From Leucoraja ocellata (taxonomy: Eukaryota): 64,000 bases of DNA. The stretch spans positions 7,068,001 to 7,132,000 of the forward strand of contig JAWMAR010000063.1 in NCBI GenBank assembly GCA_036785375.1, written 5' to 3'. Below the pieces are notes generated by a model. That model saw only the letters and a program-made list of their open reading frames with translations, was not told the origin of the DNA and ran no database searches. Of the stretch, positions 12,268-25,024 are shown one piece after another; the first letter of the stretch is position 1, and every line of letters starts with the position of its first letter. Position numbers and translations under genes: made by a program.

Positions 12268-14616
12268 GTTAAATCTGTTGTGTCTGCCAATTCTACTACT
12301 GGTGCTGAAGGCATCTCTGGCACCTCCTATCCTTGAAATTAACACAATCTGCTCCAAGGCTAGGGATTAACAATATTTATATTGCACAAGGTAATTGCTT
12401 TACAATAGAAGAATATAGCAGATTCCATGCCTTTGTGGAGTCTATACAATATGATTTGCAGCTTGATGAATAAAATTGCAGAAAGCAAAAGTGAGTATTG
12501 CATCTGACTGAAGTCTTACTCATTGCCACTGAAGACAAGGAGTGTAGCATTTCCAGCACTGCCCACAGCTGCCAATTCCATTGATGACATTCTATGAACC
12601 CAGTTTAATGGCATTGTTCAAACTATTCAGATGATGATGTGGTTACACATCCTCTTCAAGATTTGAAGCCTGCAAAGTGCATATGGATGGTGCAGGCACA
12701 TATTATATGACTGGTGGGCTGCTAACAACTGATGCACTAAAACTGCAGCAGACAAGCAGTGAAGGCAAAAGCTTCTTTTTCTGCTAATGCAAGTATATCA
12801 AACTGTTGAATAGATGAATGTTTTGAATCCTAACGCAACAAAGCTGAGTATGTGGGAAACTAGACATTAAATCCAACAATAAACTTGAGAGACAAATGGA
12901 ATTTTCAGAACGTGGAGGTCATTCTGAAATAATTTCAAATGCTTCAACATAGTTTAATTTTATCATAACTTCTCTGATGTCGTTGCTCCAGAGAGAACAG
13001 TAACTAAACTGATTAACAATTCATAACTTTACCTTACGTAACCTTGCAGTTCAAACCATGAAGAGAATGTGTAACCCAAATAGAAAGTAGCAATGAATGA
13101 AAGCAATGGAGGATGAGGAACGTTAGTGATGAAAAGTGTATAACCTCTGATGTCCAGTGATGCATGCTCAACTCCAGCGCTTACACCTTGCTCTGTTCTT
13201 TTCTCTGATAACCATGGCTCTCAACCCCAGTAAAAAACAGGCAGTGTACAGAGTTGAATTGTACACTCGGCACTCCACTGCTAAGGCAGGGAGGCACCAG
13301 CCCGCTCCGTAATGGCTGAACAATCGATCACTGTTTCTCTTCTTTATTCCAGTTGCCACCATTAGTTTTTATTGACTCTCACATTCTATCAATAGCAGCC
13401 CTCTAAAGGAGCCCTTTGTATTTATGAACCTTTCTGTCCTGTGTGGCTATCGCACTCTATCATCCGAATGGCCTTTCTGGCCCGAGATGGATGGCCACTC
13501 TGTCACTGCTTTCAATTCAGGCTTTAAAACCAATTACTTTCTTATTAAAACTGGTGTGGGTGCTACAGGCAGGGCTGAGTCAGGAGCACAGACCCCTGAT
13601 GGCAAGCATCTGTCACCCAGGGAACGAGATAAGTCGTTCGATGTGTCAGGGTTAATAGAAATTTGGAGCCTGAGGCAATGTCCAGACAAAGGGACTGTTG
13701 TGACTGGACTATCAGTGTGAGCGATTTATACATTCCATACTACTACTCCACTGCACAAAACAGTAGAAATCTCCCTCAATACTGCAATGCCAACATTGTC
13801 TGAAAAAGGGTGTGTAGATTGGACATTAGCTATTCAGTTTAATAAACATATCATTGACTTCACTCTCATATTAGCATTTCTTGTTGAGGAATGTATAATT
13901 CACCGTTTTGGCGGAATAGATTTACTATGGAGATGGTTCTTTCTAATTACGTTCAGATCATCGAACTTTCTGAGAGTCTTTGGAAAATCGCAGTGCTCCC
14001 CACAGTCCTCATCATTCAAATGATGAAACCAAATAAATACAATAATGAACATATTTAAAGAAGCAGTGACATTATTGAAGATTGGAAGATGGGGAGGGAA
14101 TTTCAACAAAGTTATCCAAGGCCTCACTAAAACGCCATGGCTGGAGAAATAAAGGTGACCCACGGATTTCACATGAAAAATTATGTTGTACATTTTTAAG
14201 GGTATGTTCTCCATTTAAAAGTTTGGTAGGACTGTCAATGATGGAGATGACCCTCCAGCGATCTTCAATACCACTTGATCATTGCCAGAGAAAGCTTTGT
14301 TGCAAAAGAGAATCGGCCTGTATGCAGTAATGTTTATACTCACATAATTATACAACAGCCGAAAGGTGATGACCAATTACTTGCATTGCGTTAGCTGGCA
14401 GTTGTAAGGTTACTTAAGCAAAATTAAACGGAGTCACTCTGTAAACTGGGGTTCAGATTGGGAAGTCTTTTTCATTTTTGGAACTTAACTTCAAACCTCA
14501 TCCAGGCAGGTGATGTGACGGCTATTTTCTGTCTTGAAGAAGAAATTGTGTTGGGGCAATGTCATGTCGTTTTTCCAAGCTGAACTTCCCTTCATCTCAA
14601 ATGAAATTAATTTGGC

Positions 14617-14710
14617 ATAGACACACAAAGCTGGAGTAACTCAGCAGGTCAGACAGTATCTCTGGAAAGAAAGGATAGGTGGCGTTTCGGGTCGAGACCC
14701 TTCTTCAGAA
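14617..14710 (-). mobile_element. PLE-derived terminal repeat with hammerhead core
   Basis: atagacacacaaagctggagtaactcagcaggtcagacag...ggcgtttcgggtcgagacccttcttcag. Confidence 0.85.
14681..14708 (-). ncRNA. Minimal hammerhead ribozyme motif (cleavage triplet changed GUC>GCC)
   Basis: RNA: CUGAAGA A GGGU CUCG ACCC GAAA CGCC. Confidence 0.6.
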
Positions 14711-15707
14711 ATATCCTTCATCTCGCAGAAATAAATCTGAATTCACCCAGATTCTAATTCACTCAAAATCCAGCAGCTGTGGCCCAGGTTCCAAAATTGT
14801 CTCACAAAGATGTCATGTTTGGGAAACGGAAAGATTATTTTTGTAAAATTTGTAATATTCATCTTTTATTTATATTATATCTATTTTTCTCCTCCATATT
14901 TTCTGTAAGACTTTTTCCCATTATGTCATTATCACTGTCGCTAGCCTGAGAAAAATTTATTGCGTAATAATCCAAGTATAATAGTTCCTCATCCCTTCCT
15001 ACATCAGTTCAACTAATAGCTCTTGTGGCTGCCCTGGGCTCTTTCAGCAGATAGTTAAAGTTTGCCAATGTGAAAAGGAGCAACTCCACCACAAACAGTC
15101 TTGGTACTGGAACCTAAAACTTGCAGCACGTGTTCCACTTTTCTGGGCTCCTGACAGACACCTTGTTGCAAAATACTAGAGACAGATTTTTCATTTATTT
15201 ATGAGAAGGTAAGCCAGCCACTGGTGGAGAAACCAAAAAAAAATTGATTAAAGTGTATTTTACTGGTGCCTCAGTGAAAATAGCCAAACTGTTGTTCTGA
15301 TAAATTCCAGAAGAACAGATCAAAGTTCTTTACATCAAAGCCCTTCTTTGTGAAGTATTCCCACACAGAGAAACAGTAAACAAAAGCAAACTTCAAAGAT
15401 TTCTTTGCTGGAGCTGCTGCTACTCTTTATTGTAGGATGACTGATTTAGCAATTGTTCTGTTTGTGATGCTACTGGCTGTTTCAGGTTTATCCGTCTGAA
15501 GTGCTTGCATCTTCTTTTGAATTGCCTTTTGCTCTTGCTCATCAAGGTAAAAAGTGTATGACTGGTGGGGAACTGCACCCTCTCCAATACAGGCATCCAG
15601 TGCCAGTGGCAGATTGTACTGTATGTAGAGTCAGGGTAAAGCATTTCATCTCTGATCAATAGCGTGAAAGCCATTGTGTTTGACCATTGTGGTACATATT
15701 TCCACTA

Positions 15708-16671
15708 GGGGCGGCACAGTGATGCAGCAGTAGAGTTGTTGCCTTACAATAACAGAGACCCGTGTTTGCTAGATAAAGGGGCTGTCCCACTGCGGCGACC
15801 TAATCTGCAAGTTTAGAAGAGTTTGCCCTCGACTCAAACTTGCAGCATGGTCGAAATGTGGTCCTAGGAGGTCCTATGTGGTCACTGGAACTCTCATTCA
15901 TGCTGGAGGGAAGTTCCCGAATACTCGTGGCTTCAGCTAGGTCATGGAAATTTTTTCAGCATGTTGAAAAATTCTCCGCGAGTAAAAATGGTTCGGCATG
16001 GTTCTTTTGAACTCGTAGTGCAGTGGAGTGGGGTCACTATGTAGTTACAGGCAGTCGAGGGCAGCCATAGGCAATCTCCTTCGCTGACCGGGCATTTTAA
16101 TTGGCTCATTGGAGTTTTCAGGACCCAGGAAAACCGACCGGTAGGTTAAATGCCCGCTAAACTTTATTATAAGTTGTCTACCTTTTTAAAAGTGTCTCCA
16201 ATCCTTCTCCCCCCCCCCCCCCCTCTCTTCCTCACTCCCCCCTTCTCTCCCCCGCCCCCCCTCCCCGCTCTCTAAAGGACTTACCGTACACTGTGCAGCC
16301 GTCTTTTACCTTCCTCTTCATCGCGGGTGTGAATTTCAAACAGCGCTCCCCCGCTTTCCCTGGCCCCCACCTTTGCGATGTGTTTGTGTGTGTGTGTGTA
16401 TGTGCGCGGTCAGTCAATCCAGCTCGCGGTTTCATCGCTGGCGGTTGATCCAGCTCGAAGTTTTTCAGGCCAGTGCCCTCGAGCTTGAAGGTCGAAGACA
16501 CTCTTCTGAACTGGCGGATTAGGTTGCCGCAGTGGGATAGCTTCGGTAAAATTGTAAAATTGTCCCTAGTGTGTAGGATACTGTGGCGCTTGTTTACGGG
16601 ATCGCTGGTTGGCGCAGTCGGCGGGCTGAAGGGCCTGTTTCTGCGGTGTATCGCAAACCAAACTAAACTAA
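15708..16671 (+). mobile_element. HE1-type tRNA-derived SINE split by a MITE
   Basis: Head gggcggcacagtgatgcagcagtagagttg...; tail gggctgaagggcctgtttctgc...aaactaaactaa; the middle is replaced by the MITE. Confidence 0.8.
15776..16546. mobile_element. PIF/Harbinger-like MITE (~770 bp)
   Basis: TIRs GGGGCTGTCCCACTGCGGCGACCTAATC / GATTAGGTTGCCGCAGTGGGATAGC; adjacent TA; no transposase ORF. Confidence 0.8.
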
Positions 16672-17399
16672 TCACATTAATTATCCCAACGTTAGTCCTG
16701 TTTGAGCAGGTAACACCGCCAAGCAGTGGCAATGGTATTCCCATGTATCTTAGAAATGGATTAACTGGCCACACCTATTCCACATAAAATATATCACAAC
16801 CAATGGAGAATTTCTTCCTTACTGGCTTTGAATTGTCCAAGGTCTCTGCATCTTCATTGAGAAATGTTAAAATAATCCTTGTATTCCATCCTCTCCCTGC
16901 CTAAATCCCCAAATTAGCCCCCATCGGTGCATTTTCTTACAAACTGGAAATAAATTTCATTACTGGAATGGTCAGGCTCCTGGCTGTACATTCTATGGTG
17001 CACTGTAGGATACTAAACTTCCAATCAATTCAGCCCTAATGTTTATATAGGTTTGATTCAGATATGGAATGAACTGAATTTATTACTGACTCTAGATTTA
17101 AAAGTAGACTGAAGGCTGAATGCTGAAGGGTCTGCTGTTTTCTAGTCAGTCAGAAGTGATAAATATGATATTAAAATAATGATCATTGTAATGTCATCAT
17201 TCTTAATTCATAAATAGGGTGTGGGCAACTCTGGAAATGACAGCTCATCTATAATCACCTGCATGAATATGTTTGTATGCTGCCTTCTCCAACCACTTCT
17301 CGCTGTGGAATGAAAGTGTATGCACAGTGCTGTCATTCAGAGAATTCCGGGATCTTGCCTAAACACTAATGAAGGAATGTATTGTATATTTCCAAAGTC

Positions 17400-17660
17400 T
17401 ATCTCAGCAGAGTGAGATGTCTATCAGGGAATGTTGCCGACTGGCCCACTGCAGACTGCAGGAGGACGTGCTGAGGGATGCACTGAAGCTTGGTGCAGCC
17501 AATGCCAAGGCTCGGTGGGGGAGGACCACAATCTAGGGTCCTCCCGTTGCTTGGCATGGGGGGGGGGGGGGGGGGGGGGCAGGGTGTGGTGGAGATGCCT
17601 ATCAAAACAAGGGAAGGGATTTCATGCCAGTGGGTCACATGAGTGGTAAGGGTGGGGAGT
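17400..17660 (+). mobile_element. Tx1/L1-clade LINE 3' fragment
   Basis: Translates SQQSEMSIRECCRLAHCRLQEDVLRDALKLGAANAKARWGRTTI* (stop 17534-17536), recalled Tx1-type ORF2 C-terminus; followed by a G23 tract. Confidence 0.7.
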
Positions 17661-17964
17661 AAAATTGCGATTGGGATCTCTCTAAAAATTGCGATCTCTC
17701 TAAAAATATATAATATTCTTCGCTATTAGTACCTCCGCAATGAAAAGTGTTAAATGCCTTTCCCCTGATTTCAATGTCCATTTACTTTCTTCATTAAATG
17801 AAAGATTATTGATCTAAATGTTAACTCTCCTTCTCCATTCCTTAGAAACTGCCTAATGAGTTTTCCCAGCAACTTTCCATTTTTCTTGCCTTTTTCACAA
17901 TTGATTCTGTCCTTAATGGATCATTATTTGCATCATGACTTTGCAATATATAAGTTTGTATGCA

Positions 17965-18244
17965 GTGTGAAAACAGGCCTTCAGCCGACCATCGATCGCC
18001 TGTTTATACCAATTCTATGTTGTCACACTTTTACATCCACTCGCTACTCGGGACAATTTACAGAGGCCAATTAACCTACTAACCCACACGTCTTTGGGTT
18101 GTGGGAGGAAACCGGAGCACCCGGGGGAAACCCACGTGGTCACAGAGAGAGTGTTCAAACTCCACACAGCACGCGAGGTCAGGATTGATCCTGGGTCTCT
18201 GGGTCTATAAGGTAGCAGTTCTACCTGTTGTGCCACTGTGCCAC
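17965..18244 (-). mobile_element. HE1-type SINE
   Basis: aaacaggccttcagcc...tgtgggaggaaaccggagcacccgggggaaacccacgtggtcacag...gccactgtgcc. Confidence 0.9.
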
Positions 18245-18284
18245 TCAACAATATATCCCATATACACAAAACAAAATCATTGAA

Positions 18285-18560
18285 AAGCAAAATACTGCAG
18301 ATACTGCAAAACTGAAAGAAACCATAAAGTGCTTGAAATATTCTGCAATTCACACAGCACCTGTTGAGAGGGAAATAGAATTGTTGTGGGCCTAAAACCA
18401 TAATTTTCTGTCACTCTCCACAGACGCTGCCTGACCTGAGCATTTCTAGCCCAGGAACATTTGTTAACCAGAAACATTAACTACTTCTCTTTTCTCAAAT
18501 ACTGCCTGATCTGCTGAGTGTTCCTACCATTTACCATTTTTATTTCAGATTCCCAGGTTC
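18285..18560. mobile_element. Older PLE-derived terminal repeats in inverted/tandem arrangement
   Basis: aaaagcaaaatactgcagatactg... versus ...cagacgctgcctgacctgagcatttctagc and ctgcctgatctgctgagtgttcc. Confidence 0.6.
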
Positions 18561-18659
18561 TGGGGCTTTTGATGGTCTTGTACTCTGTGTAGCAGGTAAT
18601 TCCTGTATTTATTAAACATTTCTTGACTCAATGTTTGGCCACTCTAGAGTAAAGATTGC

Positions 18660-18930
18660 ATAGTCATATAGCACAGAAACAGGCCCTGTATCTCACCATC
18701 ATTTGCTTGAAAACCCATCTATACTAATCCCAGCAGGTGATAGTTATACATGCCTCAGCAATTGAAGTGCTTATCTAGATATTTCTTAAATGTTACGAGA
18801 GTCCTTGTTTCCATGATCCCCTCTGAGAAAGCTAAGCAGGTTCCAATCACACTTTGCATGTAAAAGTTATTTCTTGGATCCTCTCTAAATCTCTTACCCC
18901 AAACCAACGCTCTCTAGTATTATCCACTTT
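18660..18930 (-). mobile_element. Old CR1 3' fragment
   Basis: gtcatatagcacagaaacaggccc...atttcttaaatgttacgagagt. Confidence 0.65.
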
Positions 18931-20650
18931 TTCTATAAACCTAAATATAAAGTTATTTACAAAACTTCCCAAATTTCTGCAGCCAGAAGATTTGCAGAAC
19001 CCTATTTCCATGTTCTGGTTCAGTAATATACATCAAACACAAAATTGGTCACCAGTAGCCAACTGTTTGATCATATGCACTGCTTCAAGGAACAACTGAC
19101 CAAAATAACAGTTACACTCGTGTTCTTCTGCCAAGTAAACTCATTTACAGAGACCTTTGCTCTTGCCCATTAAGAGATTCAAATGATCCCCAATTTAGGA
19201 AGTCAGTGGACAAATGTTTATCATTTCTAAACTCATTGTGACACGTAATCCACTCCCTTTGCCAATTACATTTTCAAACCAAATCACCATCATTTTAACT
19301 TCCTGGATGTAAACTAGAGAGGAGGCATGACTACAAAGTCAACCAAATATATAAACAGCCAATCGGTTTCAGGACAAGAAGTCCACTACTGTGTTTTTTT
19401 TATAATTGACTGGTTCATACGAGTCACATGACCTAGTCTCCATGAGCAATTGTTGTCAATTGCCGACCATCAGTCATTCAAGTATCTGAACCACATCCGA
19501 CCTCAGAAATCACTCGTTCCGGCTTGTCATCTGATTTTAATGAAACCGGAATGAGCCAAAGCTCCGAGGAATTAAAGTAAACAGACATTTAACCTCTGAC
19601 CCTCACTGCTTACCATCTGAGTTCAAAACAGTGTCATTCAGTCGCATCGAGTTTGGTATTTTTTATAAGTGTAAACAGAGTCTGTAAATCATTTCAATTC
19701 ATGGGAATCAGCTGTGTTAGGTGGTGGCACATCGGAACAAGGCACTGGGAAACGGAGTCTGCGGAATTATCTCTATATTTCCGAGAGAAACAGAAAAAAA
19801 ACTCAGTTCATTCATTCACAATGAGAAAAGAAAATATTCAACAATTTCTCACAATAGAAAGGAATTGAAGTGCTTTTTTTCAACTAAATTTGCGCCATTA
19901 CATTTGAAAAGGTAATGTAAGAAAAACAAAGCCTACGGAAGACATAGTGGTGCGTTGTTTTGCAGCTTGTGTTGTAAAATATTATTAATAGCCTCTATCT
20001 TCTGTGACTTTCATATTTCCTCTAGGATTTAGGTTTTATTCAGATTTGTAATTATATTTTCCAGAATACAAGGGTAACCCCAGGAATTATGTTACATCTA
20101 CTGGAAATTAGATGATGAGTAATTAGATCCATTTGCACTGAAATGTGCTCTCAAATACAGGAAATAAGAAAGTTTAAAAGTTTAAATCGTTTAAACAACA
20201 TTGTATTTTCAAAGCCAATTATACGCCTTTCGAGGTCCCAGTGTAGTAGTGATAGCCAAAGGACAACCTTTACCTCTCATTGCAAAGACCTATTTTCTGT
20301 TTCGGATGAAAGGTTTGTTGTGGGAAATAAAATGTAATTAACTGAAATGTATTGTCATGCTTGCCCTTAAACAGTGACTCGCTCCTGAATATGAGACAAC
20401 ATGCTAGCTGCTCGTGATTTCAACTACTGGTTTTGAGATTTTCACTGTTGTGGTGTCCTTAATTGCCTGCAGTTCTTCATGAGTAGTTTAACCTGGTTAT
20501 TGTATAGCTGTGACATTACTTCCACCCCCATGCAGTCCAGTCCTATGCAATAGCTCTGCAAATCTTCAATTTTCTTCCTTTGCTTTTTTAAATTCTTGTC
20601 CAAGATGTATCATTGATCCACCTGCAATGGCCAACAGATCTCTTTGATCG

Positions 20651-20894
20651 TCCAGCTTTTTACCTTTTGTAAAGTACTCTGTTCTATGGTTATTCGGCCC
20701 AAAGTGGACCTTACTATGTCGGAAGGAACTACCGATGTGTAGCAAAGAACCGCAGATGCTAGTTTACACCGTGAATAGACACAAAGTGCTGGAGTAACTC
20801 AGCAGGTTAGGCAACATCTCTGGAGAAAAGGAATAGGTGACGTTTTTGGATGAGACCATAGAACAGAGTACTTTACAAAAGGGAAAAAGCTGGA
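20651..20894. repeat. 40-bp inverted repeat pair (39/40 match) enclosing a PLE repeat
   Basis: 20651-20690 tccagctttttaccttttgtaaagtactctgttctatggt versus 20855-20894 accatagaacagagtactttacaaaagggaaaaagctgga. Confidence 0.9.
20737..20856 (-). mobile_element. PLE-derived terminal repeat
   Basis: gtgtagcaaagaaccgcagatgctagttt...ggagtaactcagcagg...ggtgacgttttt. Confidence 0.8.
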
Positions 20895-20899
20895 AGTCA

Positions 20900-22295
20900 G
20901 AACAAAGAGCTCAAGGTCCAGACAAGGGACAACATTACATAAAAATGCATTGCATATTAAAAAACATCATGAAGTACATTTAAAATCTTAGTATATCACA
21001 TAAAATCATCATAAATTATATATTACAAAAAAACAAAAACACAATAAATGAATTAAAATCCAGAATAAAAAGAATGATCAACGATCAATAAAAAGAACAA
21101 GACAACGATACCAGTGTCTCCACAACTGGGATTCGTAGCGTGTCGTGCTAAACCTTATGTTTGACAAGCCACAATAATTACATTTTTAGTCATTTATCCT
21201 GCAGATGAATTTATACATATGATTTCTGAGGAGAGCATCTAAAGTACTGACTCCTGCAGCCACAAACATGTTACTAGCACTACACCATCTAGGTTTCCTT
21301 AGCAGTGTTCTCATGGCATCATTGTATGACACCTTTAGTCTCTGCAAACTTGTCTTTCCATAGTTTGACCACAGGTGCGCAGTATAGAGTGGTGTGCAAT
21401 ATGCTCTAAACAGGGACATCTTCACCACATCTGCACACGCACCAAACTTACGCAAGAGAATATTCACCTGTACATACAGCATGCGTCATTACCTATAAAT
21501 ATTACCAATCATACACCATAAATATCCTCATCATCTGTCATTGTTCTGTAATAAAATGCCCAAGATATTTTACCTTATTACAGGCACTAAGATTATTGTC
21601 AGACAATTTAAAATCAGGAAATGTTAGACATTTATCCTCTTTGGTTCTACAGATCATAACAGCATTCTTACAAGCATTATATTTAATATCATGTTCCACA
21701 CCATACACAGAAAATATAGTAAGGAGCTGCTGTAGATCAGCGCTACATGGACTAAAGACCACAAGATCATCTGCATACATAATATGGTTCACTAAAATAT
21801 TACCAATCATGCACCCAGTATTACATGCTTTCAATTGTTTCGACAGATCATCAATATAAAGATTAAAAAGGACTGGGGACAAATTCCCCCTTGTCTAACA
21901 CCATTGCTAACCCCAAATGGGGCTGAGTCCCTATTGCCCCATTTTACTTGCATAGTCTGGTGGGCATACCAGTAGGCCTGAATTCTCACAATGTATTTAG
22001 GCACCCCTCTTTGACTCATTTTAACAAACAGCTTTCTGTGATTAACACGATCAAAGACTTTGGAAGCATCAATAAAGCACATAAGGATTGAAGAGTTTTT
22101 GCCTCTATATTTGTTTACAATCTCCTTTAGGGCATATATGCATAAGTCAGTGCCATGTTTAGCTTTAAGACCAAACTGGTTATCTGTGGAGTTAACAAAC
22201 TCATTTACTCTATCCAGCAGAACTCTCTCTAAAACTTTTGACAATATGCTGGCTAAAGCTATGGGCCTGTAATTATTTAGGCTACCTATTTTACC
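20900..22295 (-). mobile_element. RTE-X LINE, 5'-truncated RT region plus 3' UTR, frameshifted
   Basis: NYRPIALASILSKVLE...NQFGLKAKHGTDLCIYALKE...FIDASKVFDRVNH...GVRQGGI/SPVLFNLYIDDL...YADDLVVFSP...KVKYLGHFI...SLFRAYCTPLYTAHLW across ORFs 21831-22244, 21538-21882, 21186-21482. Confidence 0.9.
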
Positions 22296-24449
22296 AATTA
22301 TTTAACAGGTCCACCATTTTCTTATTTTTATTTACAATATCAGTTACCCATTTTCATGTTGCCAACTCAACCCTCATAATTTTTTTTTTCCAAATATAAC
22401 TTCAGTTCTTTTCGTTGATACTGGTGACTTGTAAATTATTTTCATGCATTTTTGGAAATCTGACAGTGCTCTTCCACCTTTTGTTTTCCTCGTATCCTGC
22501 CATTCACCGGGATCTAACTTGGATTTGCCTTTTTCTAAACGTTTTCTTTTAGTTTTAATTTGTTTCTTACCTCTTTACTTAGTCAGGACAGGTGTTTTTG
22601 GCAAAGCACAGAAAATAAAGTTGAAGATTAGCTGAAGAGCAATCAGGAGATAAAGATCCACAACTAAGATTGCTTTTGGATAAAGTCCACATACCAATCG
22701 GTTCTTGACTAAATCCATTAATAGGGCTAGTTGTTGCTACTGGAACTTAATGCTGAAAGCTGTCCTGCCCTTCCTGCAGAAGTTCACTATCTATCAGAAA
22801 TGAATTGGTCTGCTTATGGAAATCTGTGTGATAATTAATATCCCACATTCAAACCACATTGGTAACATTACATGCCTCTGTATCTGCATTTATATATTCT
22901 GCCATTATATTGCTGCAAAAATTGGCCTAGCCACTACTCCCACAAAAGTCTTAAATGTTTTTTCTGTTTCTTATTACTAGCCATGTTTGGCATATTACTA
23001 GCCATATTACAATTGGTCACATTGCTATCTTCTCGTCATTGAGTCAGGAACATTATTTGTTCATGAAGGCAACAGCTTTCCTCCATTGTTATCCATGTTT
23101 TTTCCTGTTGACCTTATAATCTGCTATACTGTATGTGAATTCTGTAGCTAGTTGAGAGGAACCAAGTTGAAAGTATCCCTGCAATTTTCTTAGTTTGTTC
23201 CTCTATATAACAAACTTTTATTTGGTCCACACAGACTAATTTGACCTTCCACATTTAGCTATTGCTCTTGTTCTGGATGATATTCTGTTTGAAGCTACCT
23301 TGCACAGCATAACATCCGTTAGTGAGGGCAGCGCCGAAACAGGCATTCTCCTCTCCACTCCTTAGGCAAGGTCAATAAGCAGTTCATTAATTCTTAACCT
23401 CAGAAAACTACTCTTGAGCTCAACAGTGTGTCATTTCTATTTGCAGCAAAATTAATTTGCCTAATTAGAATTAAATTCGGCCCATTACGAGCCACATAGA
23501 AACCGTTGAGGTTAGAAGACAAGGTGGGTGTTTCTATAATCTAGCATTAATGAATTTTGAGCCACTTCAATATAAAATGTATCTATTTATTTGTTTATTT
23601 TATACTTTAAATACCAGGCAGGTGAATAGAGGGGTCATTTGAAAAACCAGGGCTTAGTTCATGTCCTTCAATTCGTTAGCTTAACCTAAATTCCCCTGGC
23701 ACAATGCATCTTTAATGTTACTCTTGAAATGTCCAATCATAGTCAGATTCCCCGGCAGCTTTGCATACTCCTCAGGTCAAAATCATTTCTCATCCGTATA
23801 AAAACCAAGGAGAAAAAAGACACAGATTAATTAACTCCTTGAACAAAACATGTTTTATGTTCTTTGCTTCAGTAAAAGTAACCTGTTTTCATCAAAGTTA
23901 AACCCCCTTCACAAATCATCCCTTTTAGCATTCGGATGAGCATGACACCTTAAGGAATGATTTTATTCCTGGACAGATGACTATCTCAACTTGGTCCCTC
24001 CAGTAAATGATCTATGTCAGTGATAATGTTCAATTACTAACATTACTAGCTGAACACACCATATTGCTTCCTTCATTTTATAACATTTCTATAACATTGT
24101 GTCTCATTGCCACTGATCAAACTCAGCATTTCTTACTGATCTTAAGTCCTTCCAGTTTCAGTTTGGAAGATTTAAAGGAAAATGTCAAAATGTCTGAGCA
24201 ATTCCTTGTGTTATGTCATTCACATTACACATGTTTAATAAATCTATGAACGCAGAGATTGTTCCGATTTGGAGCCTTGAATTAACAGGAAATGTATTGG
24301 GGCAACAGATTTGGAAGTTACGCCAGCGCTGGCATATTTTCACTCGTAACAGATTTTGGTGAAAGCGGGATGCATCACTGACCACCTTTGCATTAATATG
24401 CACTGATTAAAGTGAAAGAAAATGCCTTGAAGCTCGTGAAGCCTCCAGG

Positions 24450-25010
24450 TTTATGAGTTTTCACTGCAGCTTCAATCCTGTGCAAGTGAGAATCTTTTGA
24501 TTTGGAGAGAGTACGGTTGAAGGAGAAGTTGGTCAATGCAAGAATGAGTTTAGTCAGTGAACCCACAGTGGTAGTGGAGAGGGACTGGTTGCTTCTCTGC
24601 CCAGGGAAGAAATAAAAGGCCCTCAAACCATCCTGGGATGCCATGGAGTCGAAGAGGGATTGGACATCTGATGTTAAATGAATTGGTTGATACCAAGATT
24701 CTGGAAACTATCAAAGTGATGAATGTAAGTAGGAAGGAACTGGGCAAAGGGGGTTGGAGGTGGCAGTGAGGATGAAGCAATAATTCAATTCAAGGTAAGA
24801 AAGAATAGGCTGAAACCGTGGGACTGCCTGAACAGTTTGGCTTGTGGGTCTGGAGAAGGAGGTAGGAGCAGGCTTTATAGGCTCAGGGTCGTAAAAGAGC
24901 AAGGCGACGGAGCAAGAAAGATATCTGGATGAAATAAGATCAGTGGCTGTCGGATGCTTTACTTTGGAGTCATGGTCCAGGGGAAGATAAGAGGAGATGG
25001 CTGTGATGCC
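24450..25010 (-). mobile_element. Penelope-like element reverse-transcriptase remnant
   Basis: Decayed frames SSYLPLDHD...TDLISS and QDGLRAFYFF..QRSNQSLSTTT..LTKLILALTNFSFN match the recalled vertebrate PLE RT (IPHQDGLRAL...LAELVLTLNNFSF). Confidence 0.75.
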
Positions 25011-25024
25011 ACTGTGAGGTGGAG

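Noticed and set aside
13904-14030. Protein-like minus frame DEDCGEHCDFPKTLRKFDDLNVIRKNHLHSKSIPPK with a GTGAAT donor
   Set aside because: No convincing acceptor and no recognised homology.
16232-16787. 180-aa and 104-aa ORFs
   Set aside because: They cross MITE, SINE and unique-sequence junctions and show no transposase motifs.
17557-17579. Long G/C homopolymers (also ~16209, ~41861, ~62113) as G-quadruplex elements
   Set aside because: All lie inside TE fragments and their lengths are unreliable in assemblies.
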